In this document: piece by piece, positions 38,268 to 51,648 of the stretch | How positions within the stretch are numbered: position 1 is the first letter of the stretch | How the letters are laid out: each line of letters starts with the position of its first letter | NCBI RefSeq assembly: GCF_009914755.1 | Contig: NC_060931.1 | Strand: one strand, 5' to 3' | From: the human T2T-CHM13v2.0 reference genome, Homo sapiens | Length of the DNA: 64,000 bases | Notes under the pieces: model-generated | The model's database searches: none | What the model saw: only the letters and a program-made list of their open reading frames with translations | What the model was told of the DNA's origin: nothing | Position numbers and translations under genes: made by a program

Positions 38268-38475
38268 GTATTTACCGAGCGCCAAGCACACAGGTGCTGC
38301 CCACAAGTTACCTTCTTTAATCCCTACTACCACCTGCAGGATAGGAATCCACTTTTTTGCAGACGGGCAGCTGAGGCTCGGAGAGGTTAAGTGAGCTGCT
38401 CAGGGCTGCACAGGTGCTAATTGGCAATGCTGGGATTTGAATCCAGGTCTATTCTGAAGCCTATGGCCTTTCTAT
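38268..38475 (-). mobile_element. MIR SINE
   Basis: 'ttttgcagacgggcagctgaggctcggagaggttaagtgagctgctcagggc..ctgggatttgaatccaggtct' matches the antisense MIR core. Confidence 0.85.
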
Positions 38476-38786
38476 TTGCCACAAATCATCTAAGTATTCA
38501 TAAACACTAGTGTGCCTGGCACCTCATAAATCGGTGCTTCTCATGTTTGTCTTGAAGACATAGGGTAAATTTTTTGCTGTAAATTTCAAAGGGACATTCA
38601 AATTCTTTGGTTTCTCTAGGGCTTTGATCATCAGCACGTGCTTGGAACTGTCACTCAGAACTCTGGGCTGTGGTGGCATTTAGTGCACTGAGTTTTGACC
38701 TGTCCTGAGCCCTACAAACCTAACTTGTTGTTTTCTAAAATTAAGGCCAAAATGCCAGCAAAGCAAGCATTATTCCACCCGGTTAC

Positions 38787-38967
38787 CTGCCCACATCTGC
38801 ACCAGACACTGCCACCGAGGGTCCACTGGCTCCGTCCTCTCCCTCGTCTGTGGACCTGAAACAAACATCACTTCCACCCTGGGCAAGGTGTGGCTCACAC
38901 AGAACATCTTCATAGTAGGAAAGCTGGCTTCGGTTCTCAGCAGTGAATATTCAGATTCCACAGCCAT
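38787..38967 (-). CDS. Candidate alternative first coding exon (MAVESEYSLL...CLVQMWA, 60 codons + 1 nt, phase-1 donor); product unknown
   Basis: ATG-initiated ORF in unique sequence that runs to a CAG|GTAACC donor. An in-frame ATG lies in actATGa context, and an NRF1-like site lies ~230 bp upstream. No homolog recognised. Confidence 0.35.
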
Positions 38968-39195
38968 CTGGCTGTCATTTCACAAGCTCTTTGCAAAATC
39001 TGGCTATAATTCTACCAAGGTACGAACGTTAGTTAATCTGTTGAAGACTTAGCTAAGTGAACTAAAGAAAATTAAAACACTTGCTTAAAGCTTGCCGCAG
39101 CTCAGAACCCAAAAGGGCTGCGGACGCATAAAAGGGGAAGTATCAGAGGAGAAGGGGCCAAGGCCGCTGGGGAAGCTGAGAGACTGCAGAGCACC

Positions 39196-39206
39196 ACGCA
39201 TGCGCA
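39196..39206. promoter_or_regulatory. NRF1-like motif ACGCATGCGCA
   Basis: One mismatch from the NRF1 palindrome GCGCATGCGC; both CpGs are retained in CpG-poor surroundings. Confidence 0.4.
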
Positions 39207-39449
39207 TCACACCTGCTTCCAATTCAGGGAGCTCAGAACTGGCTAGCATGAGGCTTGTTAAGTCTGTTCATGAAGTAAACTGGCCTAGCTCACTTCAGAA
39301 AACAGCAAGGCTTTATTACAACCATGAATTAACAGACTGCCAATTGATATGCTAATTACTAACATTTCTATATATTTGTCAAATAAGATCCCTAAGGAAG
39401 AAGAGACAATGTGACTATCTGGCTTGAGTTACAGTCTTTAACAAAATAA

Positions 39450-39817
<368 letters not shown>

Positions 39818-41617
39818 TAAATTGATTTCCTACTCTTACTGGGACATAAGAAAGCTATGCAAAATTCTTCAGTGCATCAGTTATGGGAAAGAAGGAACCA
39901 AAGCGCAGAAGGGATGTGCCCAGCGCCATTTTTAAATGTAGCTGAAGAGGCTGCAGCAGCGTCCATCCCTCTCCCAGCGGAGCAACGCTCAACCCAAGCA
40001 AGTGAGCTCCCTCTCTGTCAAAAACTCTGCAAGCAATTTTTTCCTCTCCTTCTAATATTAAATTGTTTCTGAGTTTGTCAAATACTCACAAGGGAAGTTT
40101 TCTACGACATTGATGTGGGTCAACAGCAAGTCCATGTCCCTGGGTTCTGTTTGCAGAGGAGGATTCCTTTCCCATCTGTCAGGGCAATGCTGTGGAATTC
40201 CAAAGCCCACTGTCTACGGAACAGCCAGCCCATTACTGGACATCAAAATGCCTGGACTTCTGAGCTCCAAAGGGCATCAGGAGATGGGGGAGCCGCAGAG
40301 ACCACAAAGCCCCAGCTCTCAGCTCCCACGTCCTCACCGCACCCCAAAGACAGGGAATGTCATGCGCCGGGTTGGGTCAGAATAAGGAAAGGTTAGAAAC
40401 TCTTATTTTCAAAATAGTCTAGCCACAGTTTTCTTAATGAATGCCTTTATCAGATTTCATTTGAAGAAAAGGTCTTCTGCTTTAAAAAGGCTGCTCTTGT
40501 TCAGTCCATTCGCTTTTCAAACAACAAAACTGAGGCCCAAAGAAATGAGGATGTGGCTGCAGACAGCACCCCCGAGCACGGAGCTCACCTTAGTGGGTTC
40601 AATACGCCAGACACACCTGCCTCCAACCCTCCCCACCCCGAGGCTCTGAAGGTGGGTGGGAAGAAGGAAGGCCCGGAGGGAAGCCGCCATCAGCTCAGCC
40701 ACCCACAACGGCCGCCCCGCCGGCTGTTCCCAGCAGGGCTGTGCCCCTCTAGTCCTTGGATGGATTTTGCAGAGCCTTCTAGGAGGCCTGTCTGCCACAC
40801 ACGTAGCTCAATTCAGTTTTGCACTTTGTTTTCCTTCTTGTGGTAACTAAAAACACTCTGGCATGTAATTCAAAAACAGCATTGAGGGTAACTGCATAAT
40901 GTAAAAAAACTGTTACCAAGATGGCAGAACATTTGAAATTATATTTGCACTTTGGGACATACAGATAAAAATGTGATCTTATGTTAAGTGCTGCATTTTC
41001 CAAAACCACGTTAAATTTATGTGTGAGGCCTCGTTGAACATGTAGTAAGTGGATGTTCTTAAAATTGGCTAATTCCATGTCAAGGTTTCATCAGACATTT
41101 CATCTACCCTCTAAAATTAGTTTGTCAAAATACACACACAGTTGAGTCAATCTCTTTCCTCACAAAAATCTACTGAGACCGGATCTTGTCTGGGTCTCGG
41201 AGCCCAGGACAAGGAAAGGGGTCAGCCTCCCGGCTAAGCTGCCTCTGCACCAGGCTGCCCCTGCCCACAAGGCAACCCTCAAGAAGCAGCTCCGCACTGT
41301 GGGTGGACTGAGCCACTGGGCATTCCTCCCTCCAAAGGGTCCAAAAACCAGGGCAGCCCCAACTGGCCGGGAAAGCTCCTCTGGGCTCTGCCCCTCTGCA
41401 CGGCACCAGAGTTGTGCAAGGAAGCAGAGGAGGCGGTGAGTGCCCCACGCTCAGGAGTGCACCCGGTGGAGGGGGATATGTACACCCGCCTGGGAGGGGC
41501 CAGAACCCAGTCCACACTCTGCCCGCATGATCTGCCTCTCCCCAAAACAGACTATCATTACCCGGTGTGACTGGGCCAATGAACCCAAAAACAGGAACGG
41601 CAACGTTGACTCTAAAG

Positions 41618-42139
<522 letters not shown>

Positions 42140-43078
42140 CTCTAGAGTGAACACAGAAGCACTGTCTGGGGCACCTGTTGTCCTGGGGTTCAAAGCCGCT
42201 GCCACCTTCTTCCCTTGCAGTTTTCTGCTAACACTTACACCTGCCCACACTGGTGCTCACACTCACGTGATCACACCCACTCTTTCTTCTTGTGGAAAGC
42301 CCCACGTGGAGCAGAGGGGCATCTGGAGCTCCTGCCCAGAAATGGGAAGGTGATCTGCATCCTCCCAGGCCCCCTCTGGAAGCTCCAGGTCCTTCCTGAC
42401 TCCAGCCCAGCCCCACCCACGGCGAGGAAGGCACCTGCTCGGACACACCTGGGAGCTGGCTCTCACTTCCAGCCTCAACATCCACCGGGTTTTTCTGGAC
42501 TTAGCTGGCTTTCACTGATTTTTTCTTTTTTGCTAAAAGGAACTAGAAGATATAAAACCTCAGAGCCTCTATCCACCCAGTCTTCATCTGAGAAAAGCAC
42601 AAATAACAGATTCTTTCAGTTTGCCTGTGTCTCTCACCACTAAGCTGTAAGAAGCTCCCTCCAAATGAGAACGTCACACATGCAGGGACCAGTCCTGTGC
42701 TGCAGACCGACGCAGTGGGAGGCCACATGCGTTCCTCAGCAGCTGCAAATACCTGTTTCTTATTCCTGTTACCATTTTCTCGTATTCTCAAGTAGAACTG
42801 TCCCTACATTTCCTTTCCTTTTCTGCACCCTTCCAGGATGGATGTGGGTCACTTTTCCACCCTGAGCAGCCGTCTGCGGGCCTCAGGGTTTGCGCTATTC
42901 TGGAATATCGTTGGTGGGGCTGTTCACACCCCGCTCCGTGTGGCTGATGAGGAGCTGAGGGCCACTAGTCTTGTCTTGGTGAAATCACAGAGCAAGTGAC
43001 CAGCACATTCTCTGAGGCTCTGGAGTTGCTGTCACCCCCAGCAATCCTGTCCCTGTTTCCTTCAAAATTTCAAATCTT

Positions 43079-43370
<292 letters not shown>

Positions 43371-44509
43371 TCAAATCTTAATTACAGGACTTTCAAAATT
43401 CCAGGAGGTAATTTACCTCCAGCAAGGGCTGGAGACCAAAAAAACTGGGCCAACGGCCCACAAACACGTGAGCCAGGTGAAGGGTCATGCAGAAAAGCAG
43501 GACTGGGTGTGAGCATGAGGACAGGAAGGGGGAAGGGGCTGGACACGGCCTGTCTCCTCCCTGAGAGGAACCATCAGGGAGCCTCGGTATCAGCATCACA
43601 CTCCTGGTGACAGGGACAGAGACGGCTCCTTCCACTGGATGTACAGAGCGCTTCCAGCAGCTTGAGCTTCACGCCTGCCCGGAGACGGGGTCCGCGAGGT
43701 GCCAGCTTTGCACTGTCAAAGGGAATCCCTCCCAGGGGAGGACGGACTGAGCTCTCAGAGTCCTTTGGGCACCACAGCCCGGAATGGTGCTGGAATCACA
43801 GCCGCCGGGTTAAGGGGCTCATGGCGGAGGCAAGCCCCAGTGTCCCAGGCGCCATGATGTCTAAGTGACTATAGGGCCATGAAGAAGGGGCCTCCTGATA
43901 ATCCCTACCAGCAGCCAGGAAGCACCCTGGGAAGCCCATCGCCTGTTGCCCTCCCAGGCCACACCTTGACGTGGGAGGCCACGGGACAGACGCCACCTCT
44001 CCCGAGTAGCAGGTGGGTGACTACAGAGGTGCTCTGAGGGTCTTAGGCAGAGCTGGCCATGCTTGCCTTGGTGAAGACCCCAGCCACCAGCCTGGGAGGC
44101 CCGGTCACCCCACGGCCAGCGCCTGCCAAGTTCTTGTGAGTTGAGCACGTCTCACGTATGCACCAACATGCAGATGCACACACAGGGCATGGGCACTCCA
44201 GAGGGGCTCAGCTTATGGTTAACGCTGGGGCTGCCTTCATCTCACGCATGCTGGGCAGCCTGGGCACCTGGGGCAGGGCTGGGGGACAGCCCAGCCATCT
44301 TCAGGGCCCCAGGTGAGGCCACAGCCAGCCCATGCAGAGCTCAGAGCTCACGGCAGAGCGGCACAGAAAGAAGCTCAGACCCAGGCCCTCCTGCCAGGCA
44401 AGGCCCCCGGACTCACTCACCCCACACCACCGATGTCAGGGGTTCTGTGCAGGCAAAGTGGCCTTCTCTTTGTATTGATTTTGGGGGCTTTGTTTTTTTT
44501 AACTAAACT

Positions 44510-44925
44510 TTTTTTTAACTGTGGTAAGATGCACATAACATAAATAAAATTTACTATCTTATCAGTTTTAATATACAATTCTGTGGCATTCATTACATTC
44601 ACTACTATACAACCACCACTGCCATCTGTCTCTCAAACTCCTTTCATTTTGCAAAATTGAACTTCATTCCCTGTAAATGCTGACTCCCCAGCCCCTGGCA
44701 CCCCCAATCCTATGCTGACTCCCCAGCCCCTGGCACCCCCAATCCTACGTTGACTCCCCAGCCCCCGGCAACACCAATCCTACTTTCTGTCGCTGACTCT
44801 GACAACACTAGGGGCTGCTATAAGTAGGATCTCACAGTGCTTGTCCTTCCGTGTCTGGCTTATTCCATTCCATATAATGTTCTCAAGGCGCACCCATGCT
44901 GTCGCAGAGGTCAGGGCTCTTTGCG
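44510..44925 (-). mobile_element. L1MB-family 3' end
   Basis: 'ttaactgtggtaagatgcacataaca..aaatttactatctt', 'gtggcattcattacattcac', 'tgtctggcttattcca..ataatgttctcaagg'. Confidence 0.85.
44678..44782. repeat. 35-bp triplication inside L1MB
   Basis: TGCTGACTCCCCAGCCCCTGGCACCCCCAATCCTA at 44678, 44713 and 44748 (third copy diverged). Confidence 0.92.
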
Positions 44926-47900
44926 TCTATTTTTAAATAAAACACCAGCTCTGGCTTCAAGGGAAAGGGGCCTGTTGGAGGACGGAAGAGGCAGGGACCC
45001 TGCTGGTGGAGACTGGAGCCCTGGGAGGCACTCCTGGGTCTTCCAGTGGGTCCAGCAGAGGCTGATTCATGCTAGAAACAAGGGACTTTCCATGCAGGGT
45101 CCAGGAATGCCTCATCAGCCCCCCACCGTACCCCCTGTCCACCTGGCCTTTGAGGCTGAAACACTGCACTCAAGAGCACTACTCTGTCCCAATATCAAGG
45201 CAACGCTTCTCAAGGACATGGGCTGGCCCGAGTATCAGTTTGCAGCAAAAACTGTGAAGATTAATCAAAAGCCACCTCCCCCAGGGAAGCTGTGACTCCC
45301 AGGCACGACCTTGCCCATGGGGGTCACCCACTCCGACCCACAGGGGTGGCCGAGGACCTGGATCCCGGGGCTGTGCCATCCCTGCCTCCAGGCCAGACAT
45401 CCAGCAGGTTTCCCAGGAATCTGCACACAAGATGCAGCACCCTCGGCTCAGACTCAAAGCGGCCAGCAGGAGCAGGCGACATCCACTCTGCATTGTCCAT
45501 GCTCTCCTCATGTGGATGAGGAGCAGGACCAGCACTGGAGGAGATCAGGATCCTGTCACAATGTAAGGTCATCTGTGCCTAGTGGATCAGACGCTGTGAA
45601 GAGGAGTGTGTGCAAACCTCACTGCTCTGAACGGCCCTGATCCAAGAGCAGCCGGCCCCGATTGTCTTTGGTTACCAGGAAATGTTAGCAGATGCAGTCC
45701 ATGCACTGCCACCGAGGTCACTGGTGTTCCTTTTCTCTTTCAAGGCATTGGTCAAACTGAGTGCCTTCCAGCATCTTCCCCAGAGAGCACCACCCACAAG
45801 GGTGCACATGGGCTCTGCCATGCTCCCGTTCCTACCTGCCACTCCACCGAGCTCCGCCCGCTCTTGGTGACCCCTCAGCGATGACCAGGGGGCTCTTCCT
45901 ACACCAAAGCCTCTGGCTGCAAGCACATTTCTTCATGACTTTCTCTTTCTTAAAAATGAGTGTAAATTTTGCACTCTTCTTTGTAACATATGCCTGTGTG
46001 CCTTTTATGATAAAGGTGTTTTCTTCCTTTTCATCAGATACACTGGATGCTCCAAGAACAACACGGGTTCTCCGTGTGACTTCACACTCCCCCAGCATGA
46101 CTCTAAGCCCAGTGTGGGACCAGCGTGAACCCAGGCGGCCTCTAGAGGGGAGGCAGGAGCCGCCCTGACCACCAAAGCCAGCGCAGGAGGGGGCTCTACA
46201 GGATGATGTGTTGAGTGGGCACAACTCCACAAAGGAGAGGAACCGCAGTCCGTGCCAACAGCCTTTCCCAGGAAAGACCTTCCGGGACCTGCCACCCATC
46301 TCCTCCTTGGCAAGACCACCCCAGCCCAGGCACGGCCAACGCCCGGCCCCCGCTTGAGTTGGCCTTGAGCTCCCTCCAAAGAGGAGATGCAGACAGCAGT
46401 GCCACCCCAGGGGGGCCGAGGGAGCAGGACTGAGAAGCTGGTTTTCCACAGGTTCTTGTCATCCAAGGCGAGCACAAGCGGGAAAGAATGGGGCTGGAAT
46501 GTTGGGAGAGAAGGGAGTGTGTGATCAGCATTGTCTGCATAAATGATTCAGGCTTTTTTTAATGAAAGAATCTTATTTTTGAAACTGAAGTTGACATAAA
46601 AGCTCCCGAAGTGAATCAGACGGTGGTGGCTTCTCCCCACCATCCACTCGGCAGGGGACAGGGTCTCCACGGGGAGCTGGTCACCCCACGTGGACGCCGT
46701 GCCCTGCCTCCTCTGGCGAGCTTTGTGTTCACCGGGCGGATTCTGGCAGACACCGGTCCCCCAGTTGTTGCAGCGAGACTCAGACCCAACCCCTGAACCC
46801 CAGGGATGGCGCCTCACTGAGTCCATTGGATCCGCGAAGGGCAAAGGGGCAGCCGTGAATAGGTAAAATTCCCGTAAGCTACGGAGGTTCTGCTGGCTTT
46901 GTCTTCTCCTTTGCAAAAGCAAAGTCCTGCGGAGGCTGGGCTTCGCCTGAGCGCTCGCTAGGGTGGAGGAAGCAGCTGTGGGCCTGCAGCCAGGGCTCGC
47001 TCCAAACGCTGGAAGCTCCGCCTCCCAGAGGAGATCAGCCCAGGAGTGGGAGTGAAGAACTTCGCTCCATCACAAAGCTCTGAAATACAGATGGCTTCGG
47101 AAAACCCCGTGAGAACACCGATTCACTCCTCCTGTGAGATGGGACTGCGTGTCCCCAGAGGGCTGGCAACTGGCCTCCAAGTTTTCCTCTTCCTCTTTCT
47201 TCCTCCCAAGAGCCCAATTAAGAACTTCCAGAGTTTAGAAATGACTTGGGTTGATTATGTGTGCATGACGTGACCTCACTAGACCCAGCACGAAAGGGAA
47301 GCAGGCCTGGGAGCCCTCCCCCTTGCCCTCGTCCTGGGGTCTGTGCCGCGCCTCGCCGTCCTCCCCTGGAACTCGGGGCTGGGAGAGGTCGGCGTCAGGA
47401 AGGACCTCATGGGGCTTTCACACGAGAGCACACATCCTCAGAGCCCCCCAGCCTCGTTCTGAAAATGAAAGACGGAGATAGCCTGTGCTCTGAGGGCTGC
47501 GCACCAGGCGTCGGGGTGGAGATTGACTCCTCGAGCTCCTCGGAGCCCCAGCGGGTGCCACTGCCCGCCGGCTGAGCCCACGTCCCGATAGGAAGCCTGG
47601 GGCGCTCGCAGGAAGGGTCACGGATGCTGCCCGGCTCCCCACCAGCCTGCCCCTCAGGACATCTCCTGAGGCTGCCACTGGGAAAGAACAAACTTGGGAA
47701 TCCAAGATGGAGGGCAGCAGGACGCTCCCACATCCCCCACTGGTCACTTTTGGAAGCCATGCACTCGGCCCCAGGGCACTAGGCCTGAGTGCTTTAACAC
47801 CCAGTTCAGGTGCCTCCCCTAAGACAGGGCTGAGGTCTGGGCAGGGAGAGGGGCTTGCAGGCCCACAGGCCCACTCATGGCTGGCGTGGCCACCCACGGA

Positions 47901-48419
47901 GTCTAACTGCAATGACTGAGAACACAGGCCTGCCCGAGGCTCCCCGGGACTCAGCCAAAGGCTCCCAGACGCCTCCCAGGTGGTTTGACTTTTGCATCTC
48001 TGGGAATTCTTTCAGCCTCTTCGTTTATTCATTTTACTTCCCCTTTACTTGAGGTGGCTTTGTTTTCTTTTCAATGTCTAATCTATTTCTCTCATAGGCG
48101 TCGTTAATGGGCTGGGACCTGACTTCCTACTAAGTGTAATTACCTCGTCTTTAAGTGCCCTTTTCAGTTTTTAAATCCTGCTGCTGAAATCCAACACTGG
48201 GGAGATGTCGTGAAGCTTTTTTAACTCCATCAGGCGGCCGTCGCGCTTCCCTTCACGCTTTCCTTCACCCCTCCACGGACATCTGGCCCTCATCCCATCC
48301 ATGAGTGACCCACACAGCACATTTCCAGAACTGGCATTTGTGACAGGACACAGCAGCAAGGAGGCCTGTCCACCAGCAGCGACCGTGAGCACGGGGCCCT
48401 TGGAGAAGGAGGGAGGCAT

Positions 48420-48750
48420 CCGCACCAGCTGCTGTGGCAGAACACCAGGGCAGGGCAGCTGCAACAACCGACACTCGCTTTGCACAGCTCTGAGACTGGA
48501 GGTCCAAGATCAGGGTGCTGGCACAGCTGGGCTCTGGTGAGGGCCCTATTCCCACTGCGGATGGTCACTGCCTTGCTGTGTCCTCCCATGGTGGGAAGGA
48601 GGAGGGCAGCCGGCTCCCTCATGATGCTGTCTCATGGTCTTGCCTCAGAGCCACTCTCGTGACCTCACCCAACCCTAATCACCTCTGGAAGGCCCCGCCT
48701 CCTAACCCATCCCATCAGGGTGGGGCTCTAACACATGCATTTGGGGGCCC
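48420..48750 (-). mobile_element. MLT1/MST-type ERVL-MaLR LTR whose end is amplified into the adjacent VNTR
   Basis: 'cacagctctgagactggaggtccaagatcagggtgctggca..tctggtgagggccc', 'ctgccttgctgtgtcctcccatggtgg', 'gtgacctcacccaaccctaatcacctc..aaggccccgcctcctaa'. Confidence 0.8.
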
Positions 48751-49722
48751 CAGCTCCTAACCCATCCCATCAGGGGTGGGGTTCTCATGCATGCACTTGG
48801 GGGGCCCTGCCTAACCCATTGCATCTGGAGTGGGGCTCTAACACATGCATTTGGGGGGCCCCAGCTCCTAACCCATTGCATCTGGAGTGGGGCTCTAACA
48901 CATGCATTTGGGGGCCCCAGCTCCTAACCCATCACATCAGGGGTGGGGTTCTAATGCATGCATTTGGGGGGCCCTGCCTCCTAATCCATTACATTGGGGG
49001 TAGAGCTCTAACACATGCATTTGGGGGGCCCCAGCTCCTAACCCATTGCATCAGGGTGGGGCTCTAACACATGCATTTGGGGGGCCCCAGCTCCTAACCC
49101 ATTGCATCTGGAGTGGGGCTCTAACACATGCATTTGGGGGCCCCAGCTCCTAACCCATCACATCAGGGGTGGGGTTCTAATGCATGCATTTGGGGGGCCC
49201 TGCCTCCTAACCCATTACATCGGGGGTAGAGCTCTAACACATGCATTTGGGGGGCCCCAGCTCCTAACCCATTGCATCAGGGTGGGGCTCTAACACATGC
49301 ATTTGGGGGGCCCCAGCTCCTAACCCATTGCATCTGGAGTGGGGCTCTAACACATGCATTTGGGGGCCCCAGCTCCTAACCCATCACATCAGGGGTGGGG
49401 TTCTAATGCATGCATTTGGGGGGCCCTGCCTCCTAACCCATTACATCGGGGGTAGAGCTCTAACACATGCATTTGGGGGGCCCCAGCTCCTAACCCATTG
49501 CATCAGGGTGGGGCTCTAACACATGCATTTGGGGGGCCCCAGCTCCTAACCCATCACATCAGGGGTAGGGTTCTAATGCATGCATTTGGGGGGCCCTGCC
49601 TCCTAACCCATTGCATCAAGGTGGGTCTCTAATGCATGCATTTGAGCCCCCGCCACCGCCTCCTAACCACACCCCATTGGGGTGGGGCTCCAGTACATGC
49701 ATTTGGGGGGCCCCAGCTCCTA
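48697..49722. repeat. Minisatellite, ~56-bp unit, ~18 copies with a 226-bp (4-unit) higher-order repeat
   Basis: Unit ~CTCCTAACCCATTGCATCAGGGTGGGGCTCTAACACATGCATTTGGGGGCCCCAG; the marker 'tagagctc' occurs at 49001, 49227 and 49453. Confidence 0.95.
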
Positions 49723-49794
49723 AGTCAGCCTGAGAAGATCAGTGAGAAAGGTGACCATACATTCTGGCAATACATACTGTTTTTTAAAAAATAA

Positions 49795-50108
49795 TTTTTC
49801 TCTAGAGACTAGGTCTTACTCTGTAGCCTAGGCTGGAGTGCGGGCTGGAGTGTAGGCTGGAGTGCACTGATGCAATCTCAGCTCACTACAATCTCTTCCT
49901 CTCTGGTTCAAGCGATTTTTCTGCCTCAGCCTCCTGAGCTAGGATTACAGGCACCCACCACCATGCCCTGCTAATTTTTCTATTATTGGTAGAGATGGGG
50001 TTTCACCATGTTGGCCAGGCTGGTCTCAAACTCCTGACCTCAAGCAATCTGCCCACCTCAGCCTCCCAAAGTTCTGGGATTACAGGTGTGAGACACCGTG
50101 CATGGCCC
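49795..50108 (-). mobile_element. Alu (AluSz-like) with an internal 12-bp triplication
   Basis: Antisense dimer; 'ggctggagtg' at 49831, 49843 and 49855. Confidence 0.92.
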
Positions 50109-50244
50109 GATACTTTCATAATCAAAAAAGTGTCTACATACACTGACAACAACCAGTAAAGACCACACGTTTTGTGCACTTGACATGTGCATCCAAGGGC
50201 TCCTGACACCCCAGAGAAACCCTAGAGAGTGGACACTATCCTCC

Positions 50245-51450
50245 GTGTCTACACACTCAGGCTTAGGAGTCTGCACCAGCCTCCCTGTCTACACAAACAG
50301 GCTTGGGAATCTACATCATCTTTCCCATGTACACACACAGGCTTGAGAGTCTACACCACCCTTCCTGTCTACACCTGCAGGTTTGGGAGCCTAGGCTACC
50401 TTCCCTGTATATTTCCACAGACTTGGGAGTCTACACTACCTTCCTGCGTACACACACATGCTTGGGAGTCTACACCACCTTCCCCATGTACACACACAGG
50501 CTTGGGAGTCTATACCACCCTTCCTGTCTACACACATACAGGCTTGGGAGTCTACACTACCTTCCCCTATACATGAATAGGCTTTGGAGTCTACACCACA
50601 TTCCCCATGCATATACACAGGCTTGGGAGTCTACACCACACTCCCTAAGCACACAAAGGCTTGGGAGTCTATACCACACTCCCTGTCTACACCTGTAGGC
50701 TTGGGAGTCTACACGACCTTCCCTGTGTATATGCACAGGCTTAGGAGTCTACACCAGCCTCCCCTTATACACACACAGGCTTGGGAGTCTAGACCACCCT
50801 CCTTGTCTACACACACACACAGGCTTGGGAGTCTACACCACCTTTCCTGTCTACACCACCTTAACTGTGTACAGACACAGGCTTGGGGGTCTACATCGCC
50901 TTCCCTGTCTACACATGCACAGGCTTGGGAATTTATACCACCCTCCTTGTCTACACACAGAGGCTTAGGAGTCTACACCACCTTCCCTGTCTAAATACGC
51001 ACAGGCTTAGGAGTCTATATCACCCTTCCTGTCTACACGCAGACAGGCCTGGGAGTCTACGCCACCTTCCCTGTCTAAATATGCAGACTTGGGAGTCTAT
51101 AACACCCTTCCTGTCTATACACAGGCTTGGGAGTCTACACCACCCTTCCTGCATTTGGGGGATCCCAGCTCCTAACACATTGCATCGGGGGGGCTCTAAC
51201 ACATGCATTTGGAGGGCTCCAGCTCCTAACCCAGTGTACACAACTTCCCCATGTACACACATAGGCTTAGGAGTCTACACCACCCTCCCTGTCTAAACAC
51301 ACACAGGCTTGGGAGTCTATACCACATTTCCTCATAGACTTGGGGGTCTACACCAATTTTGCTGTGTAAAGGCACAGGTTTGGGAGTCTACATTGCCTTC
51401 CCTGTCTACACACACACAGGCTTGGGAGTCTACAGAACCTTCCTTATATA
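50245..51450. repeat. Diverged minisatellite, ~38-41-bp unit, ~28-30 copies
   Basis: Recurrent ACACACAGGCTTGGGAGTCTACACCACCTTCCCTGTCT. Confidence 0.93.
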
Positions 51451-51648
51451 CCCCATCTCTTCTAAAAATACAAAAAATTAGCCGGATGTGGTGGCATGTG
51501 CCTGTAGTCCCAGCTACTCAGGAGGCTGAGGCATGAGAATTGCTTGAACCTGGGAGGCGGAGTTGTAGTGAGCTGAGATCGCGCCACTGCACTCCAGCCT
51601 GGGCGAAAGAGTGAGACTCCGTCTCAAACAACAACAACAAGAAAAACA
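51451..51648 (+). mobile_element. 5'-truncated Alu (linker plus right arm)
   Basis: Starts at 'ccccatctcttctaaaaatacaaaaaattagcc' directly after the VNTR; (aac)n tail. Confidence 0.9.
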
